A stretch of DNA of 64,000 bases from an uncultured Phycisphaerales bacterium. GTDB lineage: Bacteria > Planctomycetota > Phycisphaerae > Tepidisphaerales > Tepidisphaeraceae. The notes under the pieces are model-generated. The model did not search any database and had not been told where the DNA came from. It was given only the letters and a program-made list of their open reading frames with translations. Made by a program: the position numbers and the translations under genes. The DNA lies in the NCBI GenBank assembly GCA_963755915.1, contig CAVWLP010000002.1, forward strand, positions 3,264,001-3,328,000, written 5' to 3'. Below, piece after piece: positions 54,127-64,000 of this stretch (the first letter of the stretch is position 1; each line of letters begins with the position of its first letter).

Positions 54127-54600
54127 ATGCCAACGAATAAACCCGCCGTCACCTTCCGTGTCATGCATGACCACAAACATATTGCGGACGTGGCTGAGAT
54201 GATGCGCCGCCTGTATGCCGAAGACCCCGCGCAACACCCAATCAACCCGCAATCCTTCGCCAAAACGCTGGGGTTTCTCCTCGCCAACCCCTCCCGAGGC
54301 CGCGTGATCCTCCTGAAAAAACACCGCCAACTCGTCGGCTACGCCCTCCTGATTCCCTTCTGGAGCAATGAGTTCGGCGGCACCCTCCTCTTCATCGACG
54401 AACTCTTCGTGTTACCAGAGCACCGCGGCCAGGGCATCGCCAAGACCTTCCTCTCCCGCCTCAAGCGCCGCCCCCCGTTTAACGCCATCGCCCTCGCCTT
54501 GGAAGTCACCCGCGCAAATCGCAGGGCCAAACGTCTCTACCAGTCACTTGGCTTTGTCCGTCGAACAAATGAGGTTCTAGTGCACAGATGGAGTCCCTAA
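54127..54600 (+). CDS. GNAT family N-acetyltransferase
   Basis: FIDELFVLPEHRGQGIA, NRRAKRLYQSLGF. Confidence 0.92.
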   Translation: MPTNKPAVTFRVMHDHKHIADVAEMMRRLYAEDPAQHPINPQSFAKTLGFLLANPSRGRVILLKKHRQLVGYALLIPFWSNEFGGTLLFIDELFVLPEHRGQGIAKTFLSRLKRRPPFNAIALALEVTRANRRAKRLYQSLGFVRRTNEVLVHRWSP

Positions 54601-54952
54601 AAAATCGTATGAGGGTGAATCGCATTCGCGTGACGGTCGGGCCCGGCCACTAATTGTTCCAACAGAATGCTCCCAATTTCTATCATAAACCGCAAAGATG
54701 ATTTCGATGGGCTCGTGGGATGGATTTTCTGTCACGGTTCAAAGTGTAAGTCAATTTTCGATTACGGACGGTGGGGATTGCAGTCGGTATCGCGCACTAT
54801 CATCGGGCGCGTCTTCTGAGGCCTGGAACTTAAGCCGGAACTAACGACGACGCGATTTATTTCTACTGAACCAAAACAATCGCTTCCTCCTTGATCAAAT
54901 TGGGGCGGAGGGCTCTCGACAGCGCCATACCGCTTCGAGTTTAATTCATAGC

Positions 54953-56041
54953 ATGAAGTCAAGTGACGTAATCGCCAAGTATAAACTTCGCGCCCTTGGT
55001 AAGTTTACACGAGACTTCCGACCTCCGTCATTCGAGGAGAACCTCCCCCTAGTCAAGGGCATTCCGCGTGCATTCGAAGTTAACATACAGAGAGTACATG
55101 GCATCGTTGTGAATGGACCCTACAACGTGCAGTTTGGAACAGTTGGCGGCACCGTTTTCTGTTCCGCGGCGCACGAAGCCTGCAATGGTAGATCGGTCAA
55201 TTGGTGGGACGCTGATGATCCAGACGCCCTTATGCCGGATCAAATCCGAATTGCGAAGAAGAAGTTTCCCGAGCATTATGCAAAGATAACAATGTTTGCC
55301 CGAACTCCTCCCGGCGAACGGCAATTCGGTGGTTTTTCGGAATTTCTGTTTCTAAAACTCCTATCGGTCGAGAATCAGCCCGTCTCCCATGGATTCGAGG
55401 CATCGTTGGCAGCCGCATTAATCGGAACGTGGACCGCGTTCGAGGTCTTGGCCGGTGATTTGTGGGAGTTCGTCGTAAATGAAAGAATTATTCTGGCGTT
55501 TGTTGCAATGGACGCCGAACCGTCGCGAAAGGACGATCCCGATACATTTGATCGCAAACGAAAAGTGACTGTTCCGGTGTTGCTCGACAAGCTCAGAGAC
55601 CCAGAATTTAACCCGCACTCTCGAATGGGCACTTTGCTGCGCGAAAGACGGGAGTTTGAGTTCACCAATCGTCACGAAATTCGCAATGCATATCTGAAGA
55701 TATTTCCTCGTGATAAAGAGGAACTGCGGGCTATCCTGGAATCAAAGGTCGTGCGGTGGACATCTGCCACGCGAAACGCATTAGTCCACAAAGCGGGGCT
55801 GGCGGACAAAGAATTTTGCGATTTGGTGCGCGACCATCCTGTACTGCGCAAGACCGGACGAGATGATCGAATTCACCTCGATTGCGAGGTAATGTATGAA
55901 CTAATCCAAGGAATAGTTGACGAGGCGACAAGGCTACTGAAATTTGTTAATAGCTGGATGCAAAGCCATCCGGCAAAAAACATTGCCGCCCGAAACAAAA
56001 AAACGGGAAAGCTCCGAATTGATTTGCCACGCCCTAAATAA
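54953..56041 (+). CDS. Hypothetical protein, possible HEPN-like domain
   Basis: 362 aa; WTAFE helix and an RNALVH (R-X4-H) motif. Confidence 0.55.
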   Translation: MKSSDVIAKYKLRALGKFTRDFRPPSFEENLPLVKGIPRAFEVNIQRVHGIVVNGPYNVQFGTVGGTVFCSAAHEACNGRSVNWWDADDPDALMPDQIRIAKKKFPEHYAKITMFARTPPGERQFGGFSEFLFLKLLSVENQPVSHGFEASLAAALIGTWTAFEVLAGDLWEFVVNERIILAFVAMDAEPSRKDDPDTFDRKRKVTVPVLLDKLRDPEFNPHSRMGTLLRERREFEFTNRHEIRNAYLKIFPRDKEELRAILESKVVRWTSATRNALVHKAGLADKEFCDLVRDHPVLRKTGRDDRIHLDCEVMYELIQGIVDEATRLLKFVNSWMQSHPAKNIAARNKKTGKLRIDLPRPK

Positions 56042-56134
56042 CCTGCGTTTTCCCAGCACAAACGTGTTCCCTCGGAACAATGGCCTATCTTCGTCTCTTT
56101 TTCCACAAACCGCCACGCAGTAAATTACCGCTCA

Positions 56135-56966
56135 ATGAAGCTCCTCCCTCCGCGCCTGCACATCCTGCTCGCCCCCCAAAACAAAAATCGCCGTCGTCAT
56201 TCGCCGCGGACCCTCCAAATCCGTTTGCACGCTCCTTTGGAACCTCCGCACCGACGAATTCACCCTTGGCCAATGGCTCCGCGGACGTATCTACGAACGC
56301 CGTTGCGACATTTCCCCCAACGGAAAATTCATGATCTACTTTGCCATGAACGCCCGCTGGGAATCCCCTTCCGCCGGCACCTGGACCGCCATCTCCCGCG
56401 TACCCTTCCTCAAAGCTATTGCCCTCTACCCCAAAGGAGATTGCTGGCACGGCGGCGGTCTTTTCCTCTCCAATCACACCTTCTGGCTCAATAACGCCCC
56501 CAATCACCGCGAACCCCTTATCGAAAACACCTCCCTGCGTCCCGACCGTCTCCATAAACCCAAAAAATCCTTCGGCGGCGAATGCCCCAGCGTCTACTAC
56601 CACCGGCTCCCGCGCGATGGCTGGCGCCACCTCACCCATCACACCACTGGCCCCGACTCAACCATCGACACCTTCGACAAAACCCTTCCCTCCGGCTGGA
56701 TCCTCCGAAAACACGCCCACGCCACCCTCACCCGCGCACCCGGCAAAGGCGTCTATTACGACACCCATGAACTCCTCCACTCCGAATCCAACTACCGCCA
56801 GAAATTCCCCGATTGGGAATGGGCAGAATACGCAACCCATCGTCTCCTCTGGGCCACTCACGGAAGAATCTTCGCCGCCAAGCTGACCAAATCCGGTCCT
56901 TCAGCTCAAACCGAGTTGCACGATTTCAACAATATGACGTTCCAGGCAATCAAAGCGCCCTATTGA
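56135..56966 (+). CDS. Hypothetical protein; +1 frameshift in a C6 run near 56175
   Basis: Removing one C gives MKLLPPRLHILLAPKTKIAVVIRRGPSK...GQWLRGRIYERRCDISPNGKF, which joins ORF 56331-56966. Confidence 0.7.
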
Positions 56967-56976
56967 AAGAACTAAA

Positions 56977-58654
56977 CCCGGATTTCCCAGATGGCACTGG
57001 ACTCCGCGTATAATGAATTGTCGTTTGGCCGCGTGAATATAGCCCTTTTTCCAACATTCGGGACATGATGTCGGGAGAACCCAATGGGTGCAAGCAGCAC
57101 GGAAGCTCTCGGGATGGTTTTTGACGTGAGTCTGAAGCTCGAATTTCACGGCTCAAGAGTCACCAGCGACGCAGGATTGCTGGTCTATCGGGAACTGGAT
57201 GAAACGCTGGGCTTGACGAGCATGGCTGGAACTCTGCTCCAGGATTGGCGCACCGGGAAGAACACCCAGCACACCCTGGTGGGTCTACTTCGTCAATCCA
57301 TCTACAGCCGACTGGCCGGTTACGAAGATACCAATGACGCCGAGCGATTGGCCGTTGATCCGACGATGCGGCAGTTGGTCGGCGGCAGAGCCAAACAGCG
57401 CACCGCCGCCTCCACCAGCCAGATGGGCAGGTTTGAGACCGACGTGCTGACGCAACCGGAAAACCTCAGAGTGTTGAGCAGCCTGTCGGGCCAATGGATC
57501 GACACGTTACGGCAGCGCAAGCCCAGCGACCGAATCATTCTGGACATGGATAGTTCGGTGAGTGAGACCTACGGCCAGCAGGAGGGATCGGCCTACAACG
57601 GTTACTTCGAATGCACCTGCTACCACCCGGTGTTTTGTTTCAACCAGCATGGAGACCTGGAACGGGCACTGCTTCGCAACGGCAACGTGCACAGCGCCGA
57701 TGATTGGCGGTCGGTACTGGAGCCGGTGGTCGCCCGCTATCGAACCATGCCGGTGAAAAAGTTCTTTCGCGGCGATTCGGCCTTCGCCATTCCCGAGTTG
57801 TACGAGTTTCTCGAAACCGAGGGCTATCAGTATGCGATCCGCCTGAAGTCAAACAGGCTGTTGGAGCAGGAGATTGAGCATCTGCTGAAGCGTCCGGTGG
57901 GCCGTCCGCCGGAGAAGCCGATTGTGCTGTTCCATGACTTCCACTACCGGGCCGCCAGTTGGGATAAGGCCCGCCGGGTGGTGGCCAAAGTCGAATGGCA
58001 TCGGGATGAACTGTTCCCACGCGTAGGGTTCATCGTCACCAACATCGGCGGAGGCGCTGCACCCGTCACCTGGTTCTACAATGGCCGGGGCACGGCGGAG
58101 CAGTGGATCAAGGAGGGCAAGAATGCGGTGCGGTGGACCAAGCTGTCCTGCCACGACTTCGTGGACAACCAGGTTCGCCTGCAACTGTTCGCCCTGGCGT
58201 ACAATCTGGGGAATTTCCTGCGGCGGTTGGCGCTGCCCGGAGCCGTGAAGCATTGGACGCTGACCACGTTGCGGGAGAAGCTGATCAAGATTGGGGCCAA
58301 GGTCGTGCATCACGCCCGCCGGGTGGTCTTTCAGATGGCCGAGGTGGCGATCCCTCGCCCACTGTTCGCGGCGATCCTGAGGCGGATCGAGCGATTGCGT
58401 CTGCTGACCCCGGCCTCACCATGAGCGCGATACCCGCAAAATCGAGGCGGAGACGGGCCGGGGCGCGGTGGGTCTGTCCTCGGGAGGCCGCAAATCGGTT
58501 TTCTGCCGCTGAAACAGCCATTGGCGCAGTGTTTTTGGCCAAGATTCCGAGTCGCTGGGACAGGATTTTGCTTGTTTGCAGTACGCTGGCGCGGTATCAC
58601 GCTTCCCCGTTGCTCGCGACGGTCGCGGGCGGGAAGTCAAATGGGAAATGTCGG
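56977..58654 (+). mobile_element. IS1380-family insertion sequence
   Basis: Imperfect IRs CCCGGATTTCCCA / TGGGAAATGTCGG; flanks CTAAA and ATAAA, so the exact ends and target duplication are uncertain by about 1 nt. Confidence 0.8.
57084..58424 (+). CDS. IS1380-family transposase
   Basis: [49 protein letters not shown]. Confidence 0.95.
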   Translation: MGASSTEALGMVFDVSLKLEFHGSRVTSDAGLLVYRELDETLGLTSMAGTLLQDWRTGKNTQHTLVGLLRQSIYSRLAGYEDTNDAERLAVDPTMRQLVGGRAKQRTAASTSQMGRFETDVLTQPENLRVLSSLSGQWIDTLRQRKPSDRIILDMDSSVSETYGQQEGSAYNGYFECTCYHPVFCFNQHGDLERALLRNGNVHSADDWRSVLEPVVARYRTMPVKKFFRGDSAFAIPELYEFLETEGYQYAIRLKSNRLLEQEIEHLLKRPVGRPPEKPIVLFHDFHYRAASWDKARRVVAKVEWHRDELFPRVGFIVTNIGGGAAPVTWFYNGRGTAEQWIKEGKNAVRWTKLSCHDFVDNQVRLQLFALAYNLGNFLRRLALPGAVKHWTLTTLREKLIKIGAKVVHHARRVVFQMAEVAIPRPLFAAILRRIERLRLLTPASP

Positions 58655-58673
58655 ATAAAGGGAGGGCAATGCG

Positions 58674-61600
58674 GTGCACAGGTCCAACTCCGCCGAATTA
58701 TTGAACAAAGATGCTCGCCATCGATTTTCTCGTCGAGGCCTGTTTCTCGTTGCCGCCAGCGCCGCATCCGCGTTTTTTCAACTGACCGATCGGTTGCACG
58801 CTGTCACCGTAGATACCTGGACCAACACGAGTGGGGGAAGTTGGACGTTGATAAGCGATTCGGATTGGTCCCAAGCCCTCCCGCCCGCGAGCGGCCAGTC
58901 GGTTGATATCGGCACACTCGCCAGCAGCACCGTCGACGTCAATTATGATTACAACAATGGCGCCGAGATCAGCCTCGACGCAGTAACCGTTTCCACCACC
59001 GGCGGCGGAACCTATGTTCTGGAACTGGAGACTTCCGGAACCACCGAACTTGAGCCGCAGAATCTTTACGTCGCCGAATCCGGCGGAGACCTTTCCGACG
59101 GCCGTGGCGAAGTCATTCAAGGCACCGGCACGGTTTCGATTAGTTCCACGCTTTATCTTGGAGTTTACCAGACCGACCAGGGAACTTATTCCTTATCCGG
59201 CGGCGTTCTCAGTACATCAGGCGTCGAATTTGTCGGTTATTCCGGCGCCGGCACGCTTACTCAAAGCGGTGGAACCAATAGCTGCACGGGGGCCCTGTAT
59301 GTCTGCGACGGCGGTGGCTCCACCGGACTTTATTCCCTTTCCGGCACCGGATCCCTGAGTGTGACCGGCGAGGAAAATATCGGCGCCGTGGGTAACGCCA
59401 CTTACGATCAAAGCAGCGGTACCAGCACCGTCGCCGGGGTACTTAACCTCGGCAACACATCGGGGTCCAAGGGCGCTTTCAACTTGAGCGGGGGAAGAGC
59501 CGTCTTTGCCTCCCAAATTAATCTCCTCGCAACCGGCTCTCTTTCAGTCTCCTCCACTGGAACCCTTGTGGCTACCGAGGGCGCCGTCACCGGCGGGCTT
59601 CCCGATGGAGAAATTATTGGCGATGCGGGCATGGGCCTTCTTAACCAAATTGGAGGAACTAATTCTGTAGCCACCGCCCTTTACCTCGGCGCTGCAAGCG
59701 GCGGCGCAGGAGCATATTCTCTCAGCGGTGCCAGCCTTCTTAGCGTCAGCGGCGACGAAGACGTCGCCGATTCCGGGTCTGCTTCGCCCGGATCCTTCGG
59801 CACCTTTGTCCAATCCAGCGGCTCCAACAGTGTCTCAGGCGGCCTTCACCTCGCTTCCTGGGCCGATGACAGGCGCAATACACTCTTTCCGGCGGCACAC
59901 TTCACGTCACCAGCAGTGCCGGCGAAACCATTGCCAACAGCGGAACCGCCACCTTCGTCCAAACCGGCGGTTTTAATAACATCTCCAGCGGAAGCCTTAC
60001 TGTCGCCGCTCTTACCGGCTCCAACGCGACCTACAGCCTTTACAGCCTCGGATCGCTCTCGGTCTTCGGCAATGAATATATCGGAAGCCAGGGCAACGGA
60101 ACCTTCAGCCAGGCGACCACCGCCACCAATGCGGTTCTCGGATCGCTCTATCTCGGCGCCGGAAGCGGCGGCGCCGGACTTTATTCTCTCAACGGCACTG
60201 GCCTTCTCAGCGCCGGCGGCGACGAAAACATTGCCGATTCCGGCTCAGCTTCGCCGGGCGCCACCGCCACATTCATTCAAGTCGGCACCGCCACCAACAC
60301 CATTGCCGGCGGACTTCACATTGCTTCCTGGGCCGACGACAATGGACAATATTACATCGATGGGGGTACCTTGACCGTCGAAGGTAGCGCCGGCGAAACC
60401 ATCGGCAACAGCGGACAAGCTATCTTCGGACAAGAAGGTGGATTCAATGATATTACCGCTGGTCCGCTTTATATCGCAGCTCTGTCCGGTTCCGTGGGAA
60501 CTTACACAATCAGCAATTCCAGCTCGACCCTTGCGGTGACTGGAAACATGGAAGTTGGAGCTGGAGGAAGCGGCACGTTCGTTCAATACGGCGGTACGGT
60601 TGGCGTCGGATCGAGTGCGGCGCCCTCAAGCGTGATTGTCGGCGGGGGTACCAGCGGACTGTATAATCTATCGGGCGGTTTAATTGCCGTTAACAACGCG
60701 GTGACGCTCGCGGCCACAGGCAGCTTCGTTCAAGACACGGGGACGCTTGTGGTCAGCAGCGGCCTGATTTCCTCCGGCCTTGCGGACGGCGAATATATCG
60801 GCGATTCGGGCGACGGTTCGTTTGACCAGGTCGGTGGAACCAACACGGACATCGGCACGCTTGTTTTAGGGGTCGCTTTCGGCGGCAATGGAAAATACAC
60901 GCTTGGCAGCGGCAGCCTGCAGGTCACGCAAGACGAAGACATCGCTGATTCCGGCTCCCCCTCGCCCGGGTCAACCGCGAATTTTATCCAAACCACCGGC
61001 ACGAATTACGTCCAGGGCGCGTTTCACATCGCCTCCTGGGCCGACGACAAGGGAACCTACACACTTTCCGGCGGCCTGCTTGAAGTCACCGGCAGCGGCG
61101 GAGAGACCGTCGCCAACAGCGGCACCGCCACCTTCGGCCAAACCGGTGGCACTAATGCCTGCAATGGCAATCTCTTTATCGCCAACCTCTCCGGGTCGGT
61201 TGGAGAATATTCGATGTCCAGCACCGCATCGCTCACCGTCTCGGGCAACGAATACGTCGGCAACGGCGGCGACGGCAGCTTCTACGAAATTGCAGGAAGT
61301 CAAACTGTGACCGACACCTGCACCGTCGGCGGAAGCCCCGGCGCCAGCGGATTTTATTTCATCGAGGGCGGCGCCCTCCATATCGGGGCCGATCTCGACG
61401 TCGCCAACGGCGGTTCGGAGACCTCCACAGGCGCCACCGGCACCTTCGAGCAGACGGGCGGAGCCGTTACCGTCGCAGGAAATCTCAACCTCGGCTACAG
61501 CCCCTACGACGTCGGCTCTTACACCCTCGCCGCCGGCGGCGCCGCGCCTACCCTGTCCGTGACCGGAGCGGCGGTCATCGGCAAGGCCGGCTCCGGCACT

Positions 61601-62701
61601 TTCATTCAAACCACTGGAAACACCACCATCGGAACCCTCGAGATTGGCGCCGGCGTTGGCCATCCCAGCTCCTACAGCTTCAGTGGCAGCGGAACCACCA
61701 CCATCACCGGAAATGCCTACATTGGCGGTGGGACCTCATCGTCGGGTGCAATCGATTCGTCCCTTTCCGCCAACGGCGCTTTCACCGTCGATGGCAACGT
61801 CACCCTCTGGCAGACATCCTCTGCCCTTAATATTCAGGGAGGCAACTTCCAGGCCAACGCCGTGGCCAACTCCGGCGTCATCTCATCAACGGGCGGCAAT
61901 TCATTTTTTAATAGCCTTACCGGCGGCGGCTTCACGAATGTCGGCAACACCTCCGGCGCAACGGCCAATATGTACCTCAATTCCATCAGCACTAATCAAT
62001 TGAACATTGAAAACACCGGAATGGTCAGCATCACCGGCGGCGCCTCCGCTAACACGGTCAATTCGCTGACGATCTCAGGAGATGGTCTGCTGAACATCAA
62101 CAACGGTCATCTCTTCATCGATTATGGATCCGGCGCCGATCCGGTCTCTTCGATCGCCGCATACATCAAGAGCGGCTACAACGACGGCGGGTGGAACGGC
62201 CCGGGAATTATTTCCTCCAACGCCCAAACCCTCACCAATGGCCTCCGCTACGGCATCGGCTGGGCCGACAGCGCAGACCAAATCAATGGCCACCAGATTC
62301 TTTCTGGCCTGACCAATGAGATCGAAATAAAATACACCCTCCTCGGCGACGCCAATCTAGACGGCACCGTCAACGGCTCCGACTTTAGCATCCTCGCCGC
62401 CAACTTCGGTTAGGGCTATACCAATTGGGACCAGGGCAACTTCGAATTCACCCCGGCCGTCAATGGCACCGACTTCGCCGCCCTCGCCGCCAACTTCGGC
62501 CAGGGCGACAGCGGCGCCGAGGTAACCGTCTCCCAGGCCGACATCGCCGCTCTCGATTCCTTCGCCATCGCCAACGGCTTACCCCTCCCCGCCATCGCCG
62601 CCGTCCCCGAGCCGGCGTGTCTCGCTGTGCTCGCGGTCGCCGGTTTGGCTGCATTCCCACGGCGATTCCGAAAGAACCTCAGGCTTTGTGACGCTTCGTA
62701 A
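58674..62701 (+). CDS. Large Gly/Ser/Thr-rich repeat surface protein with dockerin-like module and PEP-CTERM; frameshift ~59872 and in-frame TAG 62411-62413
   Basis: A one-base correction near 59872 gives an open frame into ORF 60371-62413. After the TAG the frame continues GYTNWDQGNF...VPEPACLAVLAVAGLAAFPRRFRK to TAA 62701. Confidence 0.8.
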
Positions 62702-62816
62702 CCTCACCCCTCAGCGCTTCCCCCACCGCGCGCATCGGCGTCTCCCAATCCCCCGCGCGCGATTGCCGAAATAGTCGCATCGTCGGATACCACGGCGAAT
62801 CCTCCCGGCCCAGCAG

Positions 62817-64000
62817 TGTCAGGCATCACTTAAATCACGCCACGTAACATCACTTCAAATGCCGCCATTTTGGAGAGGCGCAGATTCGGTCCGTAAGCTT
62901 CCCGGCTGCTCGCCGGTGGGAGCTTGCGGATGTCGAATCGGCTCACAATGGCGGAACATCAGACAATCTTGGGACTTGCGCGACTGAACTGGTCGTATCG
63001 CCGGATCGCCGCGGAACTGGGCATCGACCGGGAGACGGTCTCTCGTCACATTAAATCCGCGGTGATCGAACCACCCGGTGCAGGTCCGCCGGATCCAGAT
63101 GCCGCCATTCTGATTGCCGGGTCCGAGGTCAGATCGGAGGCAAATGCCACCATTCCGATGACCGGGTCAATGCACGGCGAGGCGGAATCTGTCGGTTCAA
63201 ATGCCGCCATTTCGATTACCGGGTTTTCCGGCCGTCACAGCCAGTGCGAGCCATGGCGCGCCGTCATCCTTCAGGGTCTTGAGCAAGGCCTGACGGCCAA
63301 GCGTATCTGGCAGGACTTGGCTGCCGATCATGGCTTCGACGGTCCTTACCAACCGGTCCAGCGATTTGTCCAGCGGCTCAACCGTGCCGGAACCAACGGA
63401 TTGCCCTATCGGCGAATGGAATGCGCCCCCGGCGCCGAGGCCCAGGTGGACTTCGGCAAGGGCGCGCCCCTCGTCACACCCGACGGCAAACGAACCCGTC
63501 CCCACCTGTTCCGCATCGTGCTGAGCTGCTCGCGCAAAGCCTACAGCGAAGTGACGCCCCGGCAGACCACCGAGCAGTTCATCCGCTGCATCGAAAACGC
63601 CTTCATTCACTTCGGCGGTGTTCCCAGAACTCTGGTGATCGACAATCTCAAAGCGGCCGTCACCCATGCCGACTGGTACGATCCCGATCTGAATCCCAAG
63701 ATTCAGGAGTTCGCGCGTCACTACGGCACCGTCATTTTGCCGACGCGCCCAAGGACGCCACGGCACAAGGGAAAGATCGAACGCGGCGTCGGATACGCCC
63801 AGGGGAATGCTCTCAAGGCCCGAACCTTCAAGAGCCTTTCCGAGCAGAACCAATTCCTGGCCGAATGGGAATCGACCATCGCCGACACGCGCATTCATGG
63901 CACCACGCGCAAGCAGGTGGCGAGGATGTTCGCGGAAGTGGAGAAGCCGGCGCTATTGCCTCTTCCGCCGGGACGGTTCCCCTGTTTTCAGGAAGCCCAG
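62817..64000 (+). mobile_element. istA: Second copy of IS21 element A (left end and partial istA from 62930), cut by the window edge
   Basis: Matches 33722-34905 at offset 29095; the only difference I noticed is A34165 vs G63260. Confidence 0.95.

Noticed and set aside
62411-62413. Recoded stop codons (TAG here, TGA at 48646-48648) as pyrrolysine, selenocysteine or an alternative code
   Set aside because: Other genes end normally at TAG and TGA; the expected residues are Leu and Trp, consistent with point mutation or error; no recoding machinery is visible.

Overview
Bacterial DNA with hallmarks of a Planctomycetota (Phycisphaerae/Tepidisphaerales-like) genome: DUF1559-type prepilin protein, DUF1580-like protein, and dockerin-like PEP-CTERM proteins. 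The taxonomy is inferred from gene content. (1) 1-33.4 kb is a divergently transcribed carbohydrate/amino-sugar utilisation locus around a GntR-LacI regulator. It holds an SSS symporter, Kelch protein, HpcH aldolase, GH42/GHL6-like hydrolase, PMI-like cupin, amidohydrolase-aminotransferase fusion, ABC system, ADH, SDR, and three paralogous secreted GHL10-like proteins. One of the three runs off the left edge and is missing from the ORF track. (2) 33.7-49.9 kb is a mobile region. It has two different IS21-family elements with intact target duplications, a 5'-truncated dinB preceded by a densely structured ~230-nt non-coding element, and a degenerate integrase/DUF1580/primase-helicase element next to tRNA-Pro(GGG). 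(3) 50-64 kb carries purD and neighbours, an IS1380, a large disrupted PEP-CTERM gene, and a second copy of the first IS21. The strongest unexplained signals are a ~95-nt structured motif with a compensatory base change conserved in the istB tails of both IS21s, terminal-repeat copies inside istA, and the GUGA-tetraloop-rich element at 42.4-42.7 kb. Many 1-2 nt frameshifts may be long-read assembly errors. All family calls come from motif recognition, not database searches.
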